From Candidatus Cloacimonadales bacterium (GTDB taxonomy: Bacteria > Cloacimonadota > Cloacimonadia > Cloacimonadales > JAFGVF01), in assembly GCA_963662585.1 (NCBI GenBank), contig OY759729.1:1-64000 (forward strand): DNA of 64,000 nucleotides, read 5' to 3'. This document shows, one piece after another, positions 8,982 to 21,370 of this stretch; the stretch's first letter is position 1, and each line of letters starts with the position of its first letter. The notes beneath the pieces were generated by a model. That model made no database searches. It was given only the letters and a program-made list of their open reading frames with translations, and was not told the DNA's origin. Made by a program: the position numbers and the translations under genes.

Positions 8982-11250
8982 GATACTGTCACATCCTAAA
9001 ACAGATTTAATCGATCATCTAGCCCAAGTTAAGAAAATTGGATTGGATAAATTTGATGATGATAATATTTATCCTGAGTATAGGGATATTATTGAGTGTG
9101 CCTTATTCATGCATGATCTGGGTAAGGCACACCCTGATTTTCAAGATAAAATAAGAGGATTAAGTCATAAGGAATATCATCATGCTCCAATATCTGCTCA
9201 ATGGTTGTATTTTTTGTTAAGGGAAAAGGATTTCTCAGCGATTGAGTCTTTTATTGGCTTTTTTATAGTTTACTCTCACCACGGGAATCTGAGGTCTCCA
9301 AGAGAACAGCAAGCATTTCAAACCAGTGATAAGGAAGCTAGAAACTTATATTATGATTTTCTCAATCAAATCTATACTGATTTTATTCCTTATGAATCCT
9401 TCTTTACACTGGATAATTTTCTAAAACTAAAAGAGAAATATTCATTATTTGAAAATATCAACAGAAAAGATTATAAGTTAATTACAAATCAAGATTATCT
9501 TAAGGTAAATTATCTCTTTTCTATCTTAATCTATGCAGATAAAAAGGCTTCAATATTTAAAGAAAAGGCTCAACTTGAGAAAATAACCTTTAGTAGTTGG
9601 ACTGAAAAACTTGTTGATGATTATAAGAAAATTAAATTTATTGATTCTGATTATGACAATAAACTTAATAAACTACGGGAAGAAGCTTATCATTCTACTG
9701 CTAATGGAACTAGCATTATGACTTCATTAATTAGTTCTATAAACCTACCTACAGGAATGGGGAAGACTCTTAATGTTGTAAATGTTGCTCTCAAGCTTAA
9801 AGAACGACTTAAAAAGAAAAGAATTATATATGCTCTTCCATTTACAAGTATCATAGAACAAAATGGAGAAGTTTTAGAAGAGATTCTTAAAGCTTCTCAA
9901 CATGAAGCTGATAATACGATACTTCTTAAGCAACATCACTTGGTAGAATTCTCTTATAATAGTCCTAATTCTTGGGATGAAGGTGAAGGGAAATTCTTAA
10001 TTGAGAATTGGGAATCAGAATTTGTTTTAACTACCTTCTATCAGCTATTAAACACCTTAATATCTTCAACTAATAAGCAGTTGATCAAACTAAATAGTCT
10101 GGTAGATAGTATAATAATACTGGATGAAGTTCAAAATATCCCAACTCGTTATTGGCTTTTAATTAACAAGATTTTAAGCAAAAGTGCCGAGAAATTCAAC
10201 ATTCACTTTATTCTTACTACTGCGACAATGCCTTTGATTTTTTCCAAAGAAAATGGAGAAATAACTGAATTAGTCGGAAATTATCAAGAATACTATCAGC
10301 AAGTTAATCGTATTGATTTAGATTGTTCCATGCTCAACCAAAAGATTGGTATGGACCAGTTAATTGAATTAATTTTGGATAATGATTATGAAGATTTATC
10401 AAAGTTAATAATTCTAAATAGTGTAAAAGCTTCTTTAGATTTATATAAGAAACTGAATGACTTAAATCTTGATCAAGAAATTCTCTATTTATCGACCAAT
10501 ATCATCCCTCAGCAACGCTTAGAGCTAATTAATACAGTTAAAGCTAATCCTGAGAATAAAATTTTAATATCAACTCAATTAGTTGAAGCTGGTGTTGATA
10601 TAGATTTTGATATTGTCTATAGAGATTTAGCACCTTTAGATTCAATTTTTCAAGCGTGCGGAAGATGTAATAGACATAACACAAAAAAAAATAAATCTAA
10701 AGTTGTTATGTTTGAATTAATTAGCGAAAAGCAAAAGGCATATTGGAGTTTTATTTATGATAAAGCCTCCATTAGTGCTACTCGGGATATTCTTCATATG
10801 AAGCTTATTCCCGAGAGTGATTTTGAAGTAATTTCCCAAAAATACTACAAAAGAATAAATGAATATTTAGATAACTCTACTTCAGAAAAGTTATTAGAAG
10901 GATTAGATAAACTTGATTATGATCTCTTGGATGATCTTAAGTATGGTTTTTACTTAATTAAAGATATTCCTAAGACTTCATTTTACATCTACTATAACGA
11001 AGAGGCTAAGGAGTTACACCAAGAATTCTTGAAGCTTATTGATATTGAATTTGAAGATAAATTCCTAAAAAGTGTAAAGCTTAAAGCTGTTAGTAGAAAA
11101 ATGTCAAAGTTTATCGTAAATCTACCCAAGAAATATGCCTGGAATAACGAAGATAAACTATTCATTATTGATGAAGATAATATATCAACATATTATGATA
11201 AAAATACTGGTTTTAAAAGAGAACTAGACCAAGAGGATCTAATACTGTAA
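8971..11250 (+). CDS. cas3: Cas3 HD nuclease-helicase
   Basis: HDLGK and SHHG HD motifs; PTGMGKT, LPFTSIIEQ, DEVQ, TAT, STQLVEAGVDIDFD, QACGRCNR. Confidence 0.96.
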   Translation: MLCKILSHPKTDLIDHLAQVKKIGLDKFDDDNIYPEYRDIIECALFMHDLGKAHPDFQDKIRGLSHKEYHHAPISAQWLYFLLREKDFSAIESFIGFFIVYSHHGNLRSPREQQAFQTSDKEARNLYYDFLNQIYTDFIPYESFFTLDNFLKLKEKYSLFENINRKDYKLITNQDYLKVNYLFSILIYADKKASIFKEKAQLEKITFSSWTEKLVDDYKKIKFIDSDYDNKLNKLREEAYHSTANGTSIMTSLISSINLPTGMGKTLNVVNVALKLKERLKKKRIIYALPFTSIIEQNGEVLEEILKASQHEADNTILLKQHHLVEFSYNSPNSWDEGEGKFLIENWESEFVLTTFYQLLNTLISSTNKQLIKLNSLVDSIIILDEVQNIPTRYWLLINKILSKSAEKFNIHFILTTATMPLIFSKENGEITELVGNYQEYYQQVNRIDLDCSMLNQKIGMDQLIELILDNDYEDLSKLIILNSVKASLDLYKKLNDLNLDQEILYLSTNIIPQQRLELINTVKANPENKILISTQLVEAGVDIDFDIVYRDLAPLDSIFQACGRCNRHNTKKNKSKVVMFELISEKQKAYWSFIYDKASISATRDILHMKLIPESDFEVISQKYYKRINEYLDNSTSEKLLEGLDKLDYDLLDDLKYGFYLIKDIPKTSFYIYYNEEAKELHQEFLKLIDIEFEDKFLKSVKLKAVSRKMSKFIVNLPKKYAWNNEDKLFIIDEDNISTYYDKNTGFKRELDQEDLIL

Positions 11251-12233
11251 TGCAATTATTCTTAAATACTTATGGTACATTTTTACAAAAAAAAGATGGA
11301 ATGTTTCAAATAAAAATAGAAGAAACTAAAAGGTTGATTTCACCCAAAAAAATATCATCAATTGTAATATCTAATTCGGCTACGGTCTCTACTGATGCTA
11401 TTCAATTAGCGTTAGACAACAATATTGATGTGGTCTTCCTTGATAATTTTGGCAATCCAATCGGTAGAGTATGGTTCCCTAAATTAGGATCTACAACTTT
11501 TATAAGAAGAAGACTTCTTGAAATTGATATGAAAGATGAAGGCCTCCCAATAGTAAAAGGATGGATAAGTAGTAAGGCAAATAATCAATTAGCATTCATC
11601 CAAAAATTACTTTCCAAGCGAGATCGAAATCTTGATGAATTTTCTCCTATACTCGAGTCGATAAAAACCACTATAACAAAAATTCATGATGTAAAGGCCC
11701 CTTTAAGTATTTCAGATAACACCATTATGGCCTATGAAGGCAATATTTCTAAACAGTACTTTAAAGCCCTAAGTATGTTAATACCTGATAAATATGCTTT
11801 TAAGGGAAGAAGTTCTAGACCAGCTTTAGACCCTTTTAATGCTGTTTTAAATTACTCTTACGGAGTTCTTTATTCAAAAATTGAAAAAGCTCTACTGATC
11901 TCAGGTTTAGACCCTTATATAGGTTTATTACATAAGGATAACTACAATAAGAAATCTTTAGTGTTTGATTTTATTGAACCTTATAGGATATTTTGTGATG
12001 AACCTGTATTCTATCTTTTCTCAAGACATAAATTGCCTATAGATGGTTTTATTAATTCAGGAAAAGGAATTCTTCTTAGTGATGAATGCAAGAAACAAAT
12101 TATTCTGGATTTAACTAATTTCTTTGATGATACTATTCGCTATAGAAATAAAAATATTAAAAGAATAGACACTGTTCTTGCTGATGCTCATGCTTTTGCT
12201 AATTGGTTGATTGGAAGGAGGGAAGACTACTAA
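11250..12233 (+). CDS. cas1: Cas1 integrase
   Basis: MAYEGN, RPALDPFNAVLNYSYG, GLDPYIGLLH, SLVFDFIEPYR. Confidence 0.96.
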   Translation: MQLFLNTYGTFLQKKDGMFQIKIEETKRLISPKKISSIVISNSATVSTDAIQLALDNNIDVVFLDNFGNPIGRVWFPKLGSTTFIRRRLLEIDMKDEGLPIVKGWISSKANNQLAFIQKLLSKRDRNLDEFSPILESIKTTITKIHDVKAPLSISDNTIMAYEGNISKQYFKALSMLIPDKYAFKGRSSRPALDPFNAVLNYSYGVLYSKIEKALLISGLDPYIGLLHKDNYNKKSLVFDFIEPYRIFCDEPVFYLFSRHKLPIDGFINSGKGILLSDECKKQIILDLTNFFDDTIRYRNKNIKRIDTVLADAHAFANWLIGRREDY

Positions 12234-12523
12234 TGCTTACCTGGATTCTCTATGATATCGAAGTAACTAAATCTAGAACAAAGGTTGCAAAATTATGTCA
12301 AAAATTCGGTCTATACCGAGTACAACTATCTTGCTTTCTTGGAGATATTAATCAAACGGAATTGAAAGAACTCTCTACTCATATCAATGATCTAATTAAC
12401 CTGGAGAAAGATAAAGTCTATATTTTTCCAATTTCCAAAGATGATTTTGATAAGACAATTCTTCTTGGTATGGCTTTTGATAAAGAACTAGTAACTGACG
12501 AAATAAAGGCTCTCTTCTTATGA
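12233..12523 (+). CDS. cas2: Cas2
   Basis: MLTWILYDI...RVQLSCF. ATG overlaps the cas1 stop (TAATG). Confidence 0.93.
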   Translation: MLTWILYDIEVTKSRTKVAKLCQKFGLYRVQLSCFLGDINQTELKELSTHINDLINLEKDKVYIFPISKDDFDKTILLGMAFDKELVTDEIKALFL

Positions 12524-13110
12524 GTAACTTTATCTTTATTACTGCTTCAGATATCATTGAATATCTTTACTGTCCAAGATTTATCTACTACCAAAATGTG
12601 TTAGATATTGAACAGCACGAACACGAAAGATACCTGGTAAATAAAGGAAGAGATATTCATGAGTTAAAAATGGTTAGAAATAAAGATTATCTACGGAAAT
12701 CTATAGGATGTATCAACAAAGAAATTGATGTCTATCTAACTTCCGAAAAACTTCACCTGGTTGGAAGAATGGATGAAATATTGACTCTTGAGGATAATTC
12801 AAAAGCAGCGCTAGACTATAAATTTGCAAGCTATGAAGAAAAACTTTTTAAAACTTTAAAAACCCAACAAATTGCCTACTCACTCCTTATAGAAGAAAAC
12901 TATAATTGTTTTGTCAATAAAGCCTTCATTGTCTATGTGAGATCCAAGAACTTAATAAAAGAAATTGAAATTAGTCAAAAAGATAAAGATATGACTATCA
13001 TGATTATAAGTGAAATTTTTGATATCATAAATAAGTGCCACTTCCCTCAAGGAACAAAAAATACATTAAAATGCCAAGATTGTACCTATAAAAATCTCTG
13101 TTTCTCGTAA
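12520..13110 (+). CDS. cas4: Cas4 exonuclease
   Basis: YLYCPR, GRMD, DYK, QxxAY, C-terminal CQDCTYKNLC Fe-S cysteines. Confidence 0.94.
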   Translation: MSNFIFITASDIIEYLYCPRFIYYQNVLDIEQHEHERYLVNKGRDIHELKMVRNKDYLRKSIGCINKEIDVYLTSEKLHLVGRMDEILTLEDNSKAALDYKFASYEEKLFKTLKTQQIAYSLLIEENYNCFVNKAFIVYVRSKNLIKEIEISQKDKDMTIMIISEIFDIINKCHFPQGTKNTLKCQDCTYKNLCFS

Positions 13111-13376
13111 ATTAACTTGACAAAAACTAACTTAAATATTTATTTGAAAAATACATAGAGTGCTAAAGTTTTAGACGAAAATTTGTTTCCTGAAGCAGAT
13201 TTATTAAGAATCTTAATCATATAGTAATTATCCTATTACTAGATATAAACTTATAAATAATCTGAGAGGTGATTTATGCTGTTTGAAGACAAAAATACAA
13301 ATAATATTATGAGAATATTTCATTCTTACTTTTTGAACTATTCTCCTGTAACTCAGATATTTATCCCCAAAATCGA
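13111..13376 (+). promoter_or_regulatory. CRISPR leader
   Basis: 266-bp AT-rich non-coding stretch between cas4 and the first repeat; TTGACA at 13117-13122. Confidence 0.8.
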
Positions 13377-16300
13377 GTCTAAAACCTAAATCCATTAAAC
13401 CAAGGATTGAAACGTCTTATCACTTAGAGACTTGGAAACAGGGGAAGAGGTCTAAAACCTAAATCCATTAAACCAAGGATTGAAACATATAGTATTGAGA
13501 GCCACTAACAGAAACTCTCCAGGTCTAAAACCTAAATCCATTAAACCAAGGATTGAAACGAAGATTAGAAGAGATTGACCCGGGCGGGTATTTCTGTCTA
13601 AAACCTAAATCCATTAAACCAAGGATTGAAACGAGGGTTATTAATGCCCCTAAGAGTAGCTAGATAGGTCTAAAACCTAAATCCATTAAACCAAGGATTG
13701 AAACTTAGTTGGAAAATCTGGTTGAATAGAGAAAAAGACTGTCTAAAACCTAAATCCATTAAACCAAGGATTGAAACTCATCCCAAGACATCTTTAGCTT
13801 CCACTTATAGATAGGTCTAAAACCTAAATCCATTAAACCAAGGATTGAAACATAAGTTGAAAATGTTTGAGATGTGCCGTAGATAATGTCTAAAACCTAA
13901 ATCCATTAAACCAAGGATTGAAACTTTAGTTACTTGTTAAAATGGAATTTGGTCGTTTAGTCTAAAACCTAAATCCATTAAACCAAGGATTGAAACCGGG
14001 AAATACCCTCCTCAACTATATATTTATTATTGTCTAAAACCTAAATCCATTAAACCAAGGATTGAAACATAAGTTGAAAATGTTTGAGATGTGCCGTAGA
14101 TAATGTCTAAAACCTAAATCCATTAAACCAAGGATTGAAACACTATGTGGACAGTTTAAGTGATACTTAAATAATTTGTCTAAAACCTAAATCCATTAAA
14201 CCAAGGATTGAAACGCCTCTCAACAGACATAAGCGACTATTTAAAGCTTGGTCTAAAACCTAAATCCATTAAACCAAGGATTGAAACACAAGAGAATATT
14301 CCCAATCTTCAACAACTCCATTTGTCTAAAACCTAAATCCATTAAACCAAGGATTGAAACAAATAGGTATTAGATTTTTTAACTTTTCTAAAATTAGTCT
14401 AAAACCTAAATCCATTAAACCAAGGATTGAAACTCTAGATTAAGGACTGCATTAACATTATGGTAGGTTGTCTAAAACCTAAATCCATTAAACCAAGGAT
14501 TGAAACCGGAAAAAATTGCATCAATGGAAATATACTCTTCTGTCTAAAACCTAAATCCATTAAACCAAGGATTGAAACACAGATTAAAAGCGACTACGGA
14601 GTCAACTTTGATAGGTCTAAAACCTAAATCCATTAAACCAAGGATTGAAACTACAGTGTGTAAAGTAACTTTGTTTACAGTTGGGGGTCTAAAACCTAAA
14701 TCCATTAAACCAAGGATTGAAACACCTCAAACACAAATCTATAACTATAATAGGTACCAGTCTAAAACCTAAATCCATTAAACCAAGGATTGAAACGTGA
14801 TTTTATACTGTTTCATTTTTCAATTCCTTTTGGTCTAAAACCTAAATCCATTAAACCAAGGATTGAAACGAGTTAATTGTGGAACGGTTGTTTCTTAGCA
14901 CTCTGGTCTAAAACCTAAATCCATTAAACCAAGGATTGAAACGAAGCAGGTCAAAAGCTATATGCTGAAACCAAACAAGTCTAAAACCTAAATCCATTAA
15001 ACCAAGGATTGAAACATGGGTATAGTGGAGGGATTAGAAGCAGGTCAAATGGTCTAAAACCTAAATCCATTAAACCAAGGATTGAAACTCAAACTGGTCT
15101 ATAAAGCTAACCATTTGAGGAGGTGTCTAAAACCTAAATCCATTAAACCAAGGATTGAAACGGGGGTTACCCTAGCCAAGCAACGCTACGCAGAGACCGT
15201 CTAAAACCTAAATCCATTAAACCAAGGATTGAAACATGAGATTAGAAACGACTACAAAGAAGCTAAAGAGCGTCTAAAACCTAAATCCATTAAACCAAGG
15301 ATTGAAACTTAAACACACCCACCACAACATCCCCATGGAATTTCGTCTAAAACCTAAATCCATTAAACCAAGGATTGAAACATCTCCATGGAATATCCCA
15401 AGCAAATCAAAACCAACGTCTAAAACCTAAATCCATTAAACCAAGGATTGAAACAGTACAATTGTAAAGAATCAAAAAGTAAAAGATGCTCGTCTAAAAC
15501 CTAAATCCATTAAACCAAGGATTGAAACAGACTTTCCCAAAGAATTCTTTCTGTTGATCAGTAAGTCTAAAACCTAAATCCATTAAACCAAGGATTGAAA
15601 CAAGATTTCTTCATTCCTGAGAACTATATTCTCAAGGGTCTAAAACCTAAATCCATTAAACCAAGGATTGAAACCTAAGCCATTCCCAAACAATACACCG
15701 GCTGAAAAAGGTCTAAAACCTAAATCCATTAAACCAAGGATTGAAACTTGTCCGTAATATCGAAGTCATAGGAGGTTTCAGCAGTGTCTAAAACCTAAAT
15801 CCATTAAACCAAGGATTGAAACATATATCCCCACACAGAAGTATCGAGAGGGAACACAGTCTAAAACCTAAATCCATTAAACCAAGGATTGAAACTCCTA
15901 AATGCCAAGAAAGAAGGATCATCTGAATCTAAGTCTAAAACCTAAATCCATTAAACCAAGGATTGAAACTTTAAAAATTAGGGAATTATATATATACCCT
16001 AAGCATGTCTAAAACCTAAATCCATTAAACCAAGGATTGAAACAGGAAGAAGTACAATGAGTAAGACCTTAACCAACAAGTCTAAAACCTAAATCCATTA
16101 AACCAAGGATTGAAACATAAAACCCTGCCCACTGCGAGGTAGTTCCGGGAGTGTCTAAAACCTAAATCCATTAAACCAAGGATTGAAACTCAAAGAAACT
16201 ATCTTTAAACTGTTGTTTCAGACTATGTCTAAAACCTAAATCCATTAAACCAAGGATTGAAACCTTACCATCAACCACATCTGAAAGAGAATTAAGTGGT

Positions 16301-19300
16301 CTAAAACCTAAATCCATTAAACCAAGGATTGAAACTACAAGAATGGTGTAAAGAGATATGAATTAGTAAAAGTCTAAAACCTAAATCCATTAAACCAAGG
16401 ATTGAAACCGAAATATCAGCATAGTATTGAATTAGAGACATCTTGGTCTAAAACCTAAATCCATTAAACCAAGGATTGAAACCTGTATTTCTATACAAAA
16501 TCTAAGATACAACTCAGTCTAAAACCTAAATCCATTAAACCAAGGATTGAAACTCCACGCTATCTTTGTTCATTCCTGCCACTTTCGCGTCTAAAACCTA
16601 AATCCATTAAACCAAGGATTGAAACAGATGAACCCTGAGAAGAAAACAGGGCACATTATACGTCTAAAACCTAAATCCATTAAACCAATGATTGAAACTA
16701 CATAAAAGACACAATAATTTATTAAATTAAAGTGTCTAAAACCTAAATCCATTAAACCAAGGATTGAAACTTCAATGCTGAACCTGCCAAAGTACCACCA
16801 CCACCGGTCTAAAACCTAAATCCATTAAACCAAGGATTGAAACTGCCAATGAAGGCAATGATAATAACTTCGATAGCTTGTCTAAAACCTAAATCCATTA
16901 AACCAAGGATTGAAACTTATGGCTGGTAATAATAAAATGATATACCTTATTGTCTAAAACCTAAATCCATTAAACCAAGGATTGAAACTCGATATGGCAT
17001 ATAGGTATAAGAAGCTAGGGTGTAGGTCTAAAACCTAAATCCATTAAACCAAGGATTGAAACGTGTCTGCATTAGAGGTAAAAGGGCAAGCTACTCTAGT
17101 CTAAAACCTAAATCCATTAAACCAAGGATTGAAACGATAGAACAATCTCAAAATATAAAGTAAGGTTCTATGTCTAAAACCTAAATCCATTAAACCAAGG
17201 ATTGAAACTCACTATCAAAAAGAGCTGGCAGAAATTGAGTCCAGTCTAAAACCTAAATCCATTAAACCAAGGATTGAAACAGAGTACAATTACTTCTTTC
17301 CTTTCTGGAATTCCTGTCTAAAACCTAAATCCATTAAACCAAGGATTGAAACCATCAATCTCCTCTGACGCTTCATCACCAGACACATGTCTAAAACCTA
17401 AATCCATTAAACCAAGGATTGAAACTTTCATTATTATCTACAGCAGACTTGATATTGTCAGTCTAAAACCTAAATCCATTAAACCAAGGATTGAAACACA
17501 CAATCATAAAATCCATCATTATTCCCATTAAATGTCTAAAACCTAAATCCATTAAACCAAGGATTGAAACTAGGCCTTTGCTTCTTGTTTGGAAACACTC
17601 TCAGGTGTCTAAAACCTAAATCCATTAAACCAAGGATTGAAACGGGGTAGAATATACTTGAATTTTTTAACTAGAGGGGTCTAAAACCTAAATCCATTAA
17701 ACCAAGGATTGAAACTTAGGTTGTTCATAGACACTGAAGAAGAAGGGAAAAAGTCTAAAACCTAAATCCATTAAACCAAGGATTGAAACTTATAATATTA
17801 TATAAGAATACAAATTTATACTTATTGTCTAAAACCTAAATCCATTAAACCAAGGATTGAAACTTCTATAAACCAATTGACAATATTAATTTTGTCAATG
17901 TCTAAAACCTAAATCCATTAAACCAAGGATTGAAACTCTTTTTTAGTAGTTTATCATTATCAATATCAATAGTCTAAAACCTAAATCCATTAAACCAAGG
18001 ATTGAAACCCAATTGACAAAATAAAAGATCTTCTTATCTTTTCAGGTCTAAAACCTAAATCCATTAAACCAAGGATTGAAACTGAATTTTGATTAAATCT
18101 GGGTCTTTTAGACTCTCGTCTAAAACCTAAATCCATTAAACCAAGGATTGAAACATCAAAGCTAGATCTACCGACAACCCATTCCTACCTCGTCTAAAAC
18201 CTAAATCCATTAAACCAAGGATTGAAACTAATAATAAGCAATCAGACTTCTCTTCAGGCTATCAGTGTCTAAAACCTAAATCCATTAAACCAAGGATTGA
18301 AACAACCAAGCGAGACCGATAAATCTGAAACCACAAAAGGTCTAAAACCTAAATCCATTAAACCAAGGATTGAAACAAAAATAAGCTCCATTTTTCCCAG
18401 GTTCGCCGACCATGTCTAAAACCTAAATCCATTAAACCAAGGATTGAAACAATAAATAACTAAACCTAAAAAAGGAAAAAAGAAAAGTCTAAAACCTAAA
18501 TCCATTAAACCAAGGATTGAAACGTAGATTGTCTTCTTTTATATCAATATTATTATCATGTCTAAAACCTAAATCCATTAAACCAAGGATTGAAACTCGT
18601 ACTCGTAAAGGCTTGACTCGAGGGCTTCTTTAGTCTAAAACCTAAATCCATTAAACCAAGGATTGAAACATAAACCTTAAAAAAGTGAATAAGCTTGCTA
18701 AAATAGTCTAAAACCTAAATCCATTAAACCAAGGATTGAAACACATCGTAGTCGACGCACTATAAAATAACAGGGGTAGGTCTAAAACCTAAATCCATTA
18801 AACCAAGGATTGAAACGTGGATTAGCGAAAGCATCTATTAACCCAATTACAGTCTAAAACCTAAATCCATTAAACCAAGGATTGAAACAAGAGTTAGAAT
18901 CTCAATTTGGTGGATTAGCGAAAGGTCTAAAACCTAAATCCATTAAACCAAGGATTGAAACCCTTAAATTTAGCTGTTTCTATTGTTCCATCATTGGTCT
19001 AAAACCTAAATCCATTAAACCAAGGATTGAAACTGGCGGGTTTGAAACAAACGGGTTTATTACTATTAAGTCTAAAACCTAAATCCATTAAACCAAGGAT
19101 TGAAACAGAAATAATATCTTACAAAATTATTAATAAATTTTTGTCTAAAACCTAAATCCATTAAACCAAGGATTGAAACAACCAAGCGAGACCGATAAAT
19201 CTGAAACCACAAAAGGTCTAAAACCTAAATCCATTAAACCAAGGATTGAAACAAAAATAAGCTCCATTTTTCCCAGGTTCGCCGACCATGTCTAAAACCT

Positions 19301-19691
19301 AAATCCATTAAACCAAGGATTGAAACTTAATTTTCTTAACTGTGTTAATTGGTAAGCCTTAAGTCTAAAACCTAAATCCATTAAACCAAGGATTGAAACT
19401 TGATTGTGTTAACGAAGCAACCTTGACAAATCCATGTCTAAAACCTAAATCCATTAAACCAAGGATTGAAACTCGAGTTAATAAACCAAACTTTACTTAA
19501 ATTGATTGGTCTAAAACCTAAATCCATTAAACCAAGGATTGAAACTTGATTGTGTTAACGAAGCAACCTTGACAAATCCATGTCTAAAACCTAAATCCAT
19601 TAAACCAAGGATTGAAACATAGACCAAGACGCATCATTACCATTAAAACCCGTTTTCTAAAACCTAAATCCATTAAACCAAGGATTGATTT
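13377..19691 (+). CRISPR. CRISPR array, 87 repeats / 86 spacers; repeat GTCTAAAACCTAAATCCATTAAACCAAGGATTGAAAC (37 bp)
   Basis: Hand-counted repeats at ~73-bp period; ATTGAAAC 3' end; AATCC/GGATT stem; one internal variant (G>T at 16689); degenerate last repeat at 19655. Orientation from leader position and the degenerate trailer end. Confidence 0.99.
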
Positions 19692-20581
19692 AGACTTCGC
19701 ACCCGTGGTGCGAAGTAGATCTATGTGGGGTGGTCTAAATTGCTACAAAGAGTTAGCTCCTCTGGAGCAATGATGAGTATCAGTTTGTTTATCAGTAATT
19801 TATCGTTGTAGATAGTAAAGAGAAATTAGGATTTCATAAGAATAAATAACAATAATGGCATCATGATTCGTCTGTTAAATGAATCTATGGAGCAAAAAAA
19901 AGATATCCCTTTACTTCGCTCCCGTGGTGCGAAGTAGATCTTTGTGAGGTGGTCTAATTTGCTACAAAGAGTTAGCTCCTCTGGAGCAATGATAAATATC
20001 AGTCTATCAAATTAGTATTTTATTGTAAGAACAAGTAAATCGAAATTAGGATTTCATAAGAAGAAATAACATTAATGGCATGATGATTCGTCTGTTTAAT
20101 GTATCTATGGATCTAAAGATATTATTTCTTCACTTCCCACCCGTGGTGCTAAGTAGATCTTTGTGGGGTGGTCTAAATTGCTACAAAGAGTTAGCTCCTC
20201 TGGAGCAATAATAAATATCAGTCTATCAAATTAGTATTTTATTGTAAGAACAAGCAAAGGATTAAGAAGATTTTAAAAGAGATATTTACCCAAAAATAAT
20301 CGAAGATATAATTGTGGGATGTTGTTACGATTGGAAAGTAATTGAGATTAATAAAATCATGAATATCAGTACATATTTAGATGTAAGGTCTTTAATGAAT
20401 TTAGTTCTTTAATATTTTGTTGATGTTATCCCAAGAATAGAAATAAAAAAAATGCGAATAAATTTAAATGGTTCGATTGTCATGCTCCAGAGGAGCTAAC
20501 TCTTTGTAGCCAAAACATCACCCCCAAGAAGAATGTTCGCACCTGCGGTGCGAACTAACAATTAAGATAAAAGGATATTTT

Positions 20582-20671
20582 ATGGCAAACACATATTCTC
20601 AAATTTATATACAATTAATCTTTGCTGTAGAAGCAAGATTAAATATCATAGATGATTCATCTGTTAAATGA
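20582..20671 (+). pseudogene. IS200/IS605-family (Y1 HUH) transposase N-terminal stub, copy 1
   Basis: MANTYSQIYIQLIFAVEARLNIIDDSSVK*, resembling the MANTY(S/T)QIYIQ.VFAV start of IS200-like TnpA; AAGGA RBS upstream. Confidence 0.75.
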
Positions 20672-21370
20672 ATCTATAGATCTATAAATGATATTTCTTC
20701 ACTTCCCACCTTTGGTGCGAAGTAGATCTTTGTGGGGTGGTCTAAATTGCTACAAAGAGTTAGCTCCTCTGGAGCAATGATGAGTATCAGTTTGTTTATC
20801 AGTAATTTATCGTTGTAGATAGTAAAGAGAAATTAGGATTTCATAAGAAGAAATAACAATAATGGCATGATGATTCGTCTGTTTAATGTATCTATGGATC
20901 TAAAGATATTATTTCTTTACTTCACACCCGTAGTGTGAAGTAGATATTTGTGGGGTGGTCTAAATTGCTACAAAGAGTTAGCTCCTCTAAAGCAATGATA
21001 AATACCAGTTTATTTAATTAGTATTTTATTGTATGTAAGAATCAAAGGAATAAGAAGAATTTAAAAGAGATATTTATCCAAAAATAATCGAAGATATAAT
21101 TTTAGGATTTTGCTACTATTGGAAAGTAATAGTGATTAATAAAATCATTAATATTTGTACAAATTAAGATATATAAATTTTTTAATGAATTTAGTTTTAT
21201 ATATTTCCTTAATGTTATCCGAAGAATAGTAATGAAAAAATACACAAAAGTTTAAATGGGTCGATTATCATGCTCCAGAGGAGCTAACTCTTTGTAGCCA
21301 AAAACATCACCCCCAAGAAGAATGTTCGCACCACGGGTGCGAACTAGCAATTAAGATAAAAGGATATTTT

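Noticed and set aside
14572..19082. ORFs 14572-14772, 17346-17531 and 18882-19082 with repeated LKPKSIKPRIET
   Set aside because: Translations of CRISPR repeats and spacers.
19400..19581. 7-nt overlap (TTGATTG) between adjacent spacers near the trailer end
   Set aside because: Too short in AT-rich sequence, and the implied PAM (AAA) disagrees with the longer overlaps.
13377..19691. Self-targeting spacers within the window
   Set aside because: None noticed by eye, but an exhaustive comparison was not possible; needs BLAST.
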